Under the pieces are notes generated by a model. That model did not search any database and was not told the origin of the DNA. It saw nothing but the letters and a program-made list of their open reading frames with translations. A program made the position numbers and the translations under genes. Shown here in pieces: positions 18,515-26,835 of a stretch of 28,298 bases of DNA. Source of the DNA: a virus (lineage: Duplodnaviria; Caudoviricetes); IMG/VR virus record IMGVR_UViG_3300002182_000344, positions 1 through 28,298 of that record. One strand, written 5' to 3'. The stretch's first letter is position 1. The number at the start of each line of letters is the position of its first letter.

Positions 18515-20025
18515 AATCTAATAAGATAGTTGAAAAATTTAGAAATAAGATTATTTGTGGGGATTGTTTAGAGGTAATGAAAGAAATACCAGATAATTCA
18601 ATTGACACAATTATCACGGATCCGCCTTATGGTTTGTCTAATCATAGCGAAGAAAAAATTAGAGAAACATTAAAAAATTGGTTAAATGGAAAAGAAGATT
18701 TTATTCCAGGTGGAAAAGGATTTATGGGTAAATCTTGGGATAGTTTTGTGCCTCCGCCAATAGTATGGAGAGAATGTTTTAGAGTAATGAAACCAGGTGC
18801 TACTATTTTAGTATTTGCAGGGACGAGAACATATGATTTAATGACTATTAGTTTAAGGTTAGCTGGATTTGAAATTAAAGACACTTTGATGTGGCTTTAT
18901 GGTCAAGGATTTCCTAAGGCAACTGATATTAGTAAGCAAATAGATAAAATGAAAAGAGCGAAAAGAGAAATTATTGGGAGAAATCCTAATAGCAGAGAGA
19001 ATTGTGATAAATCAAATACTCTTTATGAAAGTGGAACTGTTGGGAAAACAGATTATATTACTGAACCAGCAACTCCCGAAGCCAAACTTTGGAATGGTTG
19101 GAAATCACACGGATTAAAACCCGCTTGGGAACCAATTATAATGGCAATGAAACCAAATGAAGGTAGCTATGCAGAAAATGCTTTAAAATGGGGAGTTGCG
19201 GGCTTAAATATAGATGGAGGAAGAATAGCAGGAAGTTGGAATTGGGGTAAAACTAAAACCGATTTTAGAGGTAAAAATGGATTAAAAGAAAGTTTTAAGC
19301 AAACAAGAGTAGAAGAAGATATTGTAAGTCATCCTCAAAGACGCTTCCCCGCTAATGTTATTCTCGAATGTATTTGTGATGAAGTGATAGAAAGGAAAGA
19401 AAAACCAGAAAGAATTGGTAAAAAAGGTGGAAATAAAAGAAGTTTTGGCAGTTGGGCTGGTTCTACTGCCGATGCTATTGGAAGATGGCCAGCAGACAAG
19501 AAAATAGTTCACACTAATCCCGAATGTCCGTGTTATATGTTAGATAAGCAGAGTGGAATAGTTAAAAGTGGAGATTGGAATGGTTATAAGCCTAAGAATC
19601 CAAGAGGATTTGCGGGACAAAAGATAAGACAGCCAATTTATTGGAAAGGTGATTCAGGTGGTGCCTCTCGTTTCTTTTATGTAGCAAAGGCAAGTAAAAG
19701 CGAAAGAGATATGGGATTAGAAGGATTTGAACCACAAAAAGTAAATGATGGAAGAAAAACTCCGATAGATAATCCATTTCAAAGAGGTGAAACTCCAAGA
19801 CATAATACTCACCCGACAGTAAAACCTCTTAAACTTATGGAATATCTTTGTATTTTAACTAAAACACCAACTGGCGGAATAGTATTAGATCCTTTTGCTG
19901 GAAGTGGCACTACTTGTATGGCAGCTAAAAAAGTAGGAAGAGATTTTATTGGAATAGAAAAAGAAAAAGAGTATTGTCTTATTGCTGAAGCACGAATTAA
20001 TACAATTCAAAAACCATTATTATGA
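18511..20025 (+). CDS. DNA amino-methyltransferase (N4-C/N6-A, beta-class motif order) with long insertions
   Basis: GDCL, TDPPY (motif IV), HPTVKP, LDPFAGSGTT (motif I). Confidence 0.92.
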   Translation: MKSNKIVEKFRNKIICGDCLEVMKEIPDNSIDTIITDPPYGLSNHSEEKIRETLKNWLNGKEDFIPGGKGFMGKSWDSFVPPPIVWRECFRVMKPGATILVFAGTRTYDLMTISLRLAGFEIKDTLMWLYGQGFPKATDISKQIDKMKRAKREIIGRNPNSRENCDKSNTLYESGTVGKTDYITEPATPEAKLWNGWKSHGLKPAWEPIIMAMKPNEGSYAENALKWGVAGLNIDGGRIAGSWNWGKTKTDFRGKNGLKESFKQTRVEEDIVSHPQRRFPANVILECICDEVIERKEKPERIGKKGGNKRSFGSWAGSTADAIGRWPADKKIVHTNPECPCYMLDKQSGIVKSGDWNGYKPKNPRGFAGQKIRQPIYWKGDSGGASRFFYVAKASKSERDMGLEGFEPQKVNDGRKTPIDNPFQRGETPRHNTHPTVKPLKLMEYLCILTKTPTGGIVLDPFAGSGTTCMAAKKVGRDFIGIEKEKEYCLIAEARINTIQKPLL

Positions 20026-20294
20026 AGAATAAAAATCAAAACATTTGCCCTGTATGTGGAAAACCTTATGAGTTTAGTTTAAGGATATTTTATAATCCAG
20101 ATGGAACTAAAAGTTGCGAACACGATTTTAATGATGTTTCTTTATCTTTTACACCAAGAGAAAAAAAGTTAGCAGAAAAGGTTAGAAAAGAGGGAAAGTA
20201 TTTAGTAAAAGGGTCAGATGGTATAACAAGAATTTGTGAACCATTAAAAGATAAATATGGAAGAATCATTCAGCGAAAAAGAAAATTTTTCTAA
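20022..20294 (+). CDS. Hypothetical protein with CxxC
   Basis: CPVCGK...CEH; ATGA overlap with the methyltransferase gene. Confidence 0.5.
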   Translation: MKNKNQNICPVCGKPYEFSLRIFYNPDGTKSCEHDFNDVSLSFTPREKKLAEKVRKEGKYLVKGSDGITRICEPLKDKYGRIIQRKRKFF

Positions 20295-20493
20295 AAAAGA
20301 ATGGAGATGTCCTAATTGTAATAGATTATTAGGTTTCATTATTAATGATGTTTATCTTGAAATTGAAAGCAGTAATAGACAAAAAATTTTAGTTAGTAAA
20401 GAAGTAAGAACTGCTCTTTGTAAATGTGGGGCTATTATTACAGTCAGTGGAGAAATTACACGGATTGATTTTATTAAAGGTCTTGACAAATAA
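20257..20493 (+). CDS. Com-like zinc-ribbon regulator
   Basis: EWRCPNCNRLLG...LEIE...CKCG resembles the Mu Com-family pattern RCxxCxxLL...IKCxxC. Confidence 0.55.
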   Translation: MEESFSEKENFSKKEWRCPNCNRLLGFIINDVYLEIESSNRQKILVSKEVRTALCKCGAIITVSGEITRIDFIKGLDK

Positions 20494-20510
20494 AAATTTT
20501 TTGCTATACT
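20483..20510 (+). promoter_or_regulatory. Sigma70-type promoter of the head operon
   Basis: TTGACA(20483-88)-N16-TATACT(20505-10), with an extended -10 TG. Confidence 0.75.
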
Positions 20511-20520
20511 TTTTTAAATG

Positions 20521-20630
20521 AGTAAGGTTTGACATCTATTTAATAGATGCGACCGCATTGACGGCTCAAATCTTACTAATATCAATCCGCGTTGATATTT
20601 TTAGATATTAGTAAATTTGAGCCGTTTTTT
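20521..20630 (+). promoter_or_regulatory. Structured 5' leader with terminator/antiterminator alternatives
   Basis: 22-bp stem 20561-20583/20604-20625 plus a T-run, versus the competing pairing 20521-20532/20566-20577. Confidence 0.7.
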
Positions 20631-20636
20631 AATAAA

Positions 20637-22298
20637 ATGAAAAATCCTTTTCTGAATTTTTTTAAAACTAAAATTGTTGAACCATCTGTAAGACCAATTC
20701 TTGAGGATCTCAAAAAGAAAGATGAGATTATTAAGGTTCAACAAGAAAAAATATCTCTTTTAGAAAAAGTAGGAAATGCTCCAATGCATTTTGCTACTCC
20801 TTTTGGAAGCACTCAAGATTCAATAGGACAAGATGTTTATAAATGGAAAAAGTCAGTTGATTTTAGAACCTTAAGAGAATTTTCAGAAAGGTATGATGTA
20901 GCAAGGGCTTGTATTAACAGAAGAAAAAGACAAGTAGAAAAAGCAGATTGGTCTATTATTCCAGTAGACCCGACAGAAAAAGCAGAAAAGTATCAAGAAG
21001 ATATTAAAAGAGTAAAAGCCTTTTTAGATATGCCGGGTGGAAAGTATACAAGATTTAGAGAATTTGTTGATGAATTGGTTGAGGATTTATTAGTGCTTGA
21101 TGCCGGAGTAGTTTATAAAGACAAAGAAGGAGGTAAGTTAAAAAAACTAATAACTGTAGATGCTGCCACGATTAGATTGAGAGTTTATGAAGATGGTAGC
21201 ACTCCAGAGCCTCCGGATATTGCTTTTGAACAATGGATTAGAGGAGAAAAAAAAGCAGAATTTACAACTGATGAAATGGTTTATTTAATGTTAAATCCTC
21301 GCTCAAATAGTCCTTATGGATTAGCACCTTTAGAAACTTTAATTTTAGGAGTAGATGCTGCTTTGAAATCTCAGTTGTATAATTTGAGTATGTTGTCAGA
21401 AGGCAATATACCAGAAGGATTCTTTACTTTACCAGAAAATTGGACGCCAGACCAGATTAAAGAATTTCAAAACTGGTTTGATGCTATGATTGCTGGCAAT
21501 CCGAGATTTCAATCAAGAATTAAGTTTATGCCAGGTGGAAGAGGAGTAGGATTTATACCAGCAAAGAAACCAGAAGAAATGAGATTTTTAGAATATGAAA
21601 AATGGCTTTTATTAAAAACTTGTGCTTTATTTGATGTTCCACCAGAAGAGATTGGATTTACAGAAGAGATGAGTAGAGCAACAGCTCAAGTTCAGCAAGA
21701 AGTTTCTACTCAAGCAGGTTTAGTGCCAATTTTACAGGTATTGAAAGAATTTTTTGATGATGTTATTCAAATTGATTTAGGTTGTCCATATTTACAATTT
21801 AGTTGGTATAGTTTAGATAAAAAAGATGAATTAAGAGACGCTCAGATAACTGAAAGATTAATACCATTAGGATTGATTTCAGGAGATGAATGGAGACAAC
21901 AGAATGATTTACCACCAATTGGCTTGAAACACTATATCATGACATCATCAGGACCAATTTTTGTAGAAGACTTATTAAATGGCAGAGCTCCTAATCAACA
22001 GCAAACTTTACAAGAAACAAGAATAATTACCGAATTGGCTCAATGGGAAAGAAAATGTTTAAATAGTCTAAAAGAGGGAAAAAAGTTTAAACCTTTTCAA
22101 AGTAAATTTATTCCAGAAGATGTTAAAAAGCTTATTAATGCTCAATTGTTATTTGCGAGAACAAAAGAAGATGTTAAAAAGATTTTTGAAAAACAAATAC
22201 AAATAGCAAAACAAGATTTAGTAATACAAAAAGCAGTGAAATTAAAAGAAGAAATAGGCGAGACAGTCAGACAATATGCGACAAGTATTAAAAATTGA
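20637..22298 (+). CDS. Portal protein
   Basis: NPRSNSPYGLAPLE, GNIPEG, FDVPPEEIG, DEWRQQNDLPPI, and position before MuF/protease/capsid. ATG 20637 preferred over TTG 20592, which lies inside the leader hairpin. Confidence 0.88.
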   Translation: MKNPFLNFFKTKIVEPSVRPILEDLKKKDEIIKVQQEKISLLEKVGNAPMHFATPFGSTQDSIGQDVYKWKKSVDFRTLREFSERYDVARACINRRKRQVEKADWSIIPVDPTEKAEKYQEDIKRVKAFLDMPGGKYTRFREFVDELVEDLLVLDAGVVYKDKEGGKLKKLITVDAATIRLRVYEDGSTPEPPDIAFEQWIRGEKKAEFTTDEMVYLMLNPRSNSPYGLAPLETLILGVDAALKSQLYNLSMLSEGNIPEGFFTLPENWTPDQIKEFQNWFDAMIAGNPRFQSRIKFMPGGRGVGFIPAKKPEEMRFLEYEKWLLLKTCALFDVPPEEIGFTEEMSRATAQVQQEVSTQAGLVPILQVLKEFFDDVIQIDLGCPYLQFSWYSLDKKDELRDAQITERLIPLGLISGDEWRQQNDLPPIGLKHYIMTSSGPIFVEDLLNGRAPNQQQTLQETRIITELAQWERKCLNSLKEGKKFKPFQSKFIPEDVKKLINAQLLFARTKEDVKKIFEKQIQIAKQDLVIQKAVKLKEEIGETVRQYATSIKN

Positions 22299-23190
22299 AA
22301 AATCATTAGATAGATTTTTAAAAGCAGTAAAAGTAAATCCTACATTATATAGTTTAGAAAGAAGCAAAAAGTATAAAGAAGTAAGAAATGAATTAGAACA
22401 GGCATTTCTCATTCAAGCATCGCAACTTTTAAGAAGTGAAATTATTAAAGAAATAGATGAAAAAATTAAAGTAAATGAAAATACAATTTGGACAGAAGCA
22501 CACGAAAGACAGATAAAAGATATTATATCAAAGCACTTTAAAAGTTTAAGAAATTTCATTTCATTGCCAAAGATAAGAGATTTTTATTTATGGCTCGCAA
22601 ATAAAGGAGGACAAAGTTTCTTTGATAAGATAAGAGTAAAAAGATTTAAAAAAGTAAATATTATTGGAGCAACATTTGATTTAAAAGATACAGCAATGAT
22701 AGCAGAATTGATGAATGGAGTAGACTTGCTAATTGATAATTTGGATGATACGACCGAACAATGGTTAGTTAATCAGTTTATTCAAGGAAAAAAACAAAGA
22801 TTAAGTAGTTATGATATTGCTAATTTGATTAGAGAAAAAATTCCTGAAACTTATGCTTATCGAGCTGATACAATAGTTGCAACAGAATCAGAAAATATTG
22901 TTAATCAGATGGAATTTGAAACAGCAAAAAGAAATGAAGCAACAGCTAAGAGATGGGTAACGGCTGGAATGAATGTTTGTGAGTTATGTATGATGAATGA
23001 ACAAGCAGGTTGGATAGGAATAGATGCTTCTTTTCCGAGTGGTCATTTAAGACCGCCAGTACATCCAAATTGTAAATGTCTTTTAGAATATGAAATACCG
23101 CCTTATATTTCGGGCTATGGTTGGACTGGAAGAGAAGAAAAACCTACTTCTGAACCCAAGAATGTCTTAGAAGACAGAAAAAAATTTTGA
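22276..23190 (+). CDS. Head morphogenesis / minor head protein (Mu gpF / SPP1 gp7-like)
   Basis: RADTIVATE, KRWVT, VCELC, PPVHPNCKC. Confidence 0.85.
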   Translation: MRQVLKIEKSLDRFLKAVKVNPTLYSLERSKKYKEVRNELEQAFLIQASQLLRSEIIKEIDEKIKVNENTIWTEAHERQIKDIISKHFKSLRNFISLPKIRDFYLWLANKGGQSFFDKIRVKRFKKVNIIGATFDLKDTAMIAELMNGVDLLIDNLDDTTEQWLVNQFIQGKKQRLSSYDIANLIREKIPETYAYRADTIVATESENIVNQMEFETAKRNEATAKRWVTAGMNVCELCMMNEQAGWIGIDASFPSGHLRPPVHPNCKCLLEYEIPPYISGYGWTGREEKPTSEPKNVLEDRKKF

Positions 23191-23723
23191 GACAGACGTT
23201 TGGTGTAGATGATTTAAAACAAGTAAATGATGATGAATTTAAACGAGAAATTAGAAAGATTATGAGAGATTTTTAATACAGAGAATATGATTTCTTTGAC
23301 GTGGCTGAGGATTGGTTTAGAGGTGAAAGAGAAGAAACAAAAGATTATATGAAAGCCTGGTTAGAACTTAATCCAAAACATAGATTAGGTCAGTTAATAA
23401 ATATGCAAAAATATACAGAGTTTAAAGATATTTCTCCGAAAGAATTTTTGGAAAAAGAAATTACTGTTTACAGAGGTATCGGAGCAAAAGAGTATGATAT
23501 AGAAGCAGCAAAAGCGAAGACATTTGAATCGTTTACACTTTCAAGAGAAAAGGCTATAGATTTTGTTGAAAGATATTCGAACAAAGGAGATTTAGTTACA
23601 ATTGTAGAAGCACGAATTAAAGTTATTGATATTCTTGGATTTAATAATACAATGTCAGAAAAAGAAGTTTTTGTAGATGTAAACAAGGTGAAAGATTTAA
23701 CTATAAAAAAATTTATAAGATGA
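23187..23723 (+). pseudogene. ADP-ribosyltransferase-like (R-S-E) domain: probable disrupted MuF C-terminal extension, or separate gene from GTG 23301
   Basis: ITVYRGIG, FESFTLSREKAIDF, SEKEVFV. The same frame extends upstream through one TAA (23274) to overlap the MuF end in the -1 frame. Confidence 0.55.
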
Positions 23724-23857
23724 CACAGATACCTACTTTTGATGAATATCTTCATAGGAAAAACAGAAAACAAAAAAAACTGTCTCGGAAATTTTATTGG
23801 TCAAAGATTAAAAAATTCTATCAAATTTTTAACAAAAAAGGTTTAAGTATTAAATAG
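23720..23857 (+). CDS. Small basic ORF (45 aa)
   Basis: ATGA overlap with the ART-like ORF; MTQIPTFDEYLHRKNRKQKK...; below the ORF-track cutoff. Confidence 0.3.
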   Translation: MTQIPTFDEYLHRKNRKQKKLSRKFYWSKIKKFYQIFNKKGLSIK

Positions 23858-23871
23858 TTAAATAAAATTTT

Positions 23872-24345
23872 ATGCCAATTCCACAACCTAACCCAGATGA
23901 AACAAAAAAAGATTTTATCTCTCGATGTATGGGAGATAAAGTAATGGTAAAAGAATACCCAGACAATTCTCAAAGATACGCAATTTGTCTTTCATCTTGG
24001 AAAAAAGGCAAAAAAGCAAAATTTGTTCATTATTTTAGATGGAAAGTTTTTAGTAAAGTAGTTTCAAAATATCAAGATTTGTTGAAACTTCAAAAAATTA
24101 CTGTAGAAGAAAGAGATAAGTATTGGAGGGTAAGAATTAAAGACCCAGACTATTTTGACCCGAATAGTTTAAGAACGATTGATATTAATGATGCAGGAAC
24201 AATTAGGGCTATAACTGGGTGCCCCAAAGGAAAGTTTAGCGGGGGAAAATGTTCAGTAGGGGTAGAAATTCAGGCTTATCTATTTGATGTTGATACTTTT
24301 ACAAAAGATGAGGCAAAAAAGTGGGTAGAAGACCATAAAGGTTAA
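23872..24345 (+). CDS. Head-module hypothetical protein
   Basis: MPIPQPNPDETKKDFISRCM and RVRIKDPDYF...FTKDEAKKWV, segments of a type seen next to phage prohead proteases. Confidence 0.6.
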   Translation: MPIPQPNPDETKKDFISRCMGDKVMVKEYPDNSQRYAICLSSWKKGKKAKFVHYFRWKVFSKVVSKYQDLLKLQKITVEERDKYWRVRIKDPDYFDPNSLRTIDINDAGTIRAITGCPKGKFSGGKCSVGVEIQAYLFDVDTFTKDEAKKWVEDHKG

Positions 24346-24366
24346 TTTTAAAATATAAGAACTTAT

Positions 24367-25686
24367 ATGTTAAAAAATGAATTAAAATTTTATATTCCAA
24401 TTCAAAAAATAGATAAAGAACAGCGGATGGTTTATGGCTACGCTACTACTGATGCTGAAGATAGTCAAGGTGAAATTGTAGAAATTGATGCAGTTAAAGA
24501 TGCTTGGGATGATTATTGGAAATGGGCAAATATTAGAGAAATGCATCAATTGTCAGCAGTTGGAGTAGGTAAAGAATATCAGTTTGATGATAAAGGAGTT
24601 TGGATAGGGGCAAAAATAGTTGATGATAACGCTTGGAAAAAAGTTAAAGAAGGAGTTTATAAAGGTTTCTCAATTGGTGGAAGAACATTAGAAAAAAAAG
24701 AAAATAGAATTAAAAAGTTAGAAATAGATGAAATTAGCATTGTTGATAGACCAGCCAATCCAGAAGCAGTTTTTACAATTATTAAAAGATATGATAAAAA
24801 AAGCGAGAATTTATTATTAAAGGTCGGCTCGCTTATAGACAAAATTAAAAATCAAAAAAATAAAATGGAAAAAGAACTTGAAAAATACAGAAGGAAAACA
24901 GACTCTAAAGAGGAAGAGTCAAATGTTTCTGAGGAACAATCGGCTACTTCTGAATCTGCTGAAAAACCAACAGAAGAAAAACCGACAGTAGAAAATAAAG
25001 AATTTGGAACAGTTCCTCGGGAGCAGGCGACTGTTTCTAATATAGTTTATAAACAAGATGATGAAGAAGATAATCAAGATAATGAAGAAAACGATCAAGA
25101 AAATGATCAAGAATTGGATGATGATTTAGAAGAAGAAGCAATCAAAGAATTTGCCAGTAATTTAAGCTTACTGGTTGAAATTCTTGAGAAGAAAAATGCT
25201 TCTTCTAAGAAAATTGGAGTTTTAAAACAGATATTAGATTTACTTAGACAACTTGAAGAAGGAAATTTTGATGGAGAAAATCCAGATGAAGGAATGACAA
25301 GTGAAGAAAAAGTAATGAAAGTAATCAAGACAGAATTATCAGGTATCACCCAAAAGGTTGTAGACTCTCTCGCTAAAGTAGAGACAGACATATTGTCTCT
25401 AAAAGAGCGAGTTGAGAAATTAGAAAGACAACCTAGAGGGAATAGGCCGGTAGCTTCTTATCTTATTGAAAAAGGAGAAAAAGAAGAAGCTAAATCGGCA
25501 GATACCATAAAGAAAGAATTGGCTGAAATAGAAGAAGAGATTGAAAAGATTCACAATGAAGGAATGGTTTTACTTTCCAATCCCGACCCGGTCAAGCAGG
25601 GAGAATTGGAAAGAAAACTAAGAGACATAGAAAAAAGATATAATGAAAAAAAGCTTGAATTAAGAAAGGTCGTTTACGGAATTTAA
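24367..25686 (+). CDS. Prohead protease (XkdF/HK97-like) with C-terminal scaffold
   Basis: DSQGE, IREMH, KGFSIGG, EISIVDRPANP, followed by an acidic and coiled-coil region. Confidence 0.87.
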   Translation: MLKNELKFYIPIQKIDKEQRMVYGYATTDAEDSQGEIVEIDAVKDAWDDYWKWANIREMHQLSAVGVGKEYQFDDKGVWIGAKIVDDNAWKKVKEGVYKGFSIGGRTLEKKENRIKKLEIDEISIVDRPANPEAVFTIIKRYDKKSENLLLKVGSLIDKIKNQKNKMEKELEKYRRKTDSKEEESNVSEEQSATSESAEKPTEEKPTVENKEFGTVPREQATVSNIVYKQDDEEDNQDNEENDQENDQELDDDLEEEAIKEFASNLSLLVEILEKKNASSKKIGVLKQILDLLRQLEEGNFDGENPDEGMTSEEKVMKVIKTELSGITQKVVDSLAKVETDILSLKERVEKLERQPRGNRPVASYLIEKGEKEEAKSADTIKKELAEIEEEIEKIHNEGMVLLSNPDPVKQGELERKLRDIEKRYNEKKLELRKVVYGI

Positions 25687-25703
25687 TTAAAAATTTAACT
25701 AAA

Positions 25704-26717
25704 ATGAATACGCAAAAAATAGTAGAACCAGAGGTTCTAAAAGCTTTAATTAACGAAGAACACACTTTAGCACAGATTGCAGAGGCAATTAGAAAGGCTG
25801 CAGTAACTACTAGTACTTATACTTTTTCGCCAGCTACAAGAAGCATTTTTGTAGCAGAGAATTTAGACCCAGTTGTTAAGTTAATTGTTCCGACTGCTAC
25901 GCCTATTAGAAGTCTTTTACCAAGAAAGGCTGGTAGTGGACAAGCAACAGCTTGGAAGAAATTAACTTCAAAATTGAATTATAGTACTACTGGATCAGCA
26001 ATTACTTTTGCTGATGGAGGAGTGCCAAATGAAACTACTCAGACTTACCAAGTTGTAACAGCTGCCTATAAATTGTTAGGTAGAAAAGTAAGTGTTGGTT
26101 TATTGCATGTTGCTGCTTCAAAGGATTATTTACCAGTTGAAGATGAATTGATTAGGATTAAGACATTAGAAGTAATGCTTGGTGAAGAAGAATTGATTAT
26201 TAATGGTGATAGTAGTATCGATCCTAATGCTTTTGATGGTTTGTTAAGACAGATTACTACTAATAGTGCAACTGCTTCATTTTTAACTGCCAGTGGTATT
26301 TCTGCTTATGACCAAACCATCTTTGAAGCAGGTGGTGCTGCAGACCATTTATTCCTTGGTCCAAGACAAGCAAGAGCTTTAGCAGATGAACTACAGCAAA
26401 CTGGTTCAATCCAAAGAATAATTGTCTCCGATCAAACAGGTGCTATTGCTTATCAAAAAGTATCAGCTATTGTCAGTGCAGTGACGGGTAAGACAATCAA
26501 CTTGGTGACTTCCAGATATATGGGAAGTTGGGCAATTCTTGGACAGATTAAATCAGACGCAGGAGAGAATTATGTTGAAATGGAAGATTTAATTCCATTG
26601 ATTAAGATGGATGTTCCAACTACTAGTTTTGCTAAAGATAGTTTCATTGTTGAAGCTACTGTTTTGAAGTTAATTGCAGAACCTTACTGGTATAAAATTG
26701 GCGGATTAGCCACATAA
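25704..26717 (+). CDS. Major capsid protein (HK97 fold, inferred)
   Basis: Position after the protease; TPIRSLLPR, EEELIINGD...FDGLLRQI; distinct Ala/Thr-rich composition. Confidence 0.85.
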   Translation: MNTQKIVEPEVLKALINEEHTLAQIAEAIRKAAVTTSTYTFSPATRSIFVAENLDPVVKLIVPTATPIRSLLPRKAGSGQATAWKKLTSKLNYSTTGSAITFADGGVPNETTQTYQVVTAAYKLLGRKVSVGLLHVAASKDYLPVEDELIRIKTLEVMLGEEELIINGDSSIDPNAFDGLLRQITTNSATASFLTASGISAYDQTIFEAGGAADHLFLGPRQARALADELQQTGSIQRIIVSDQTGAIAYQKVSAIVSAVTGKTINLVTSRYMGSWAILGQIKSDAGENYVEMEDLIPLIKMDVPTTSFAKDSFIVEATVLKLIAEPYWYKIGGLAT

Positions 26718-26742
26718 AATTGATTGATTGTTTTGATTGAAG

Positions 26743-26820
26743 GCATAGTCCTTGTGCTATGACTGCTCGGGCAAACTACCTCACCGAATTTGCCTGAGCA
26801 GGTGAGGAGCATAGCACTAA
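26743..26820 (+). other. GC-rich structured intergenic element
   Basis: Nested stems 26754-61/26810-17 and 26763-75/26789-801; alternative pairing 26779-85/26801-07. Confidence 0.6.
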
Positions 26821-26835
26821 AAATAATATAAAAAT

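Noticed and set aside
20521-20630. Known preQ1 or other named riboswitch class
   Set aside because: I could not match the consensus of any class I know; kept only as an unnamed switch candidate.
20592-20636. TTG start of portal at 20592
   Set aside because: It lies within the leader hairpin; ATG 20637 has the AAAATG context typical of this genome.
23176-23190. Functional programmed -1 frameshift producing full-length MuF-ART
   Set aside because: A slippery A AAA AAA is present, but the -1 frame hits TAA at 23274 before the ART-like domain, so a full fusion would also need readthrough.
18257-23276. Stop-codon reassignment suggested by in-frame TAA at 18257 and 23274
   Set aside because: TAA, TGA and TAG all terminate intact genes at sensible positions and coding density is high under the standard code; isolated nonsense mutations are the simpler explanation.
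25055-25140. GAT/GAA/AAT-rich tandem-like repeats
   Set aside because: Simply encodes the acidic low-complexity linker of the protease/scaffold.
26743-26820. tRNA, hammerhead ribozyme or intrinsic terminator
   Set aside because: No cloverleaf or TTC loop, no CUGAnGA/GAAA core, and no U-tract after the stem on either strand.
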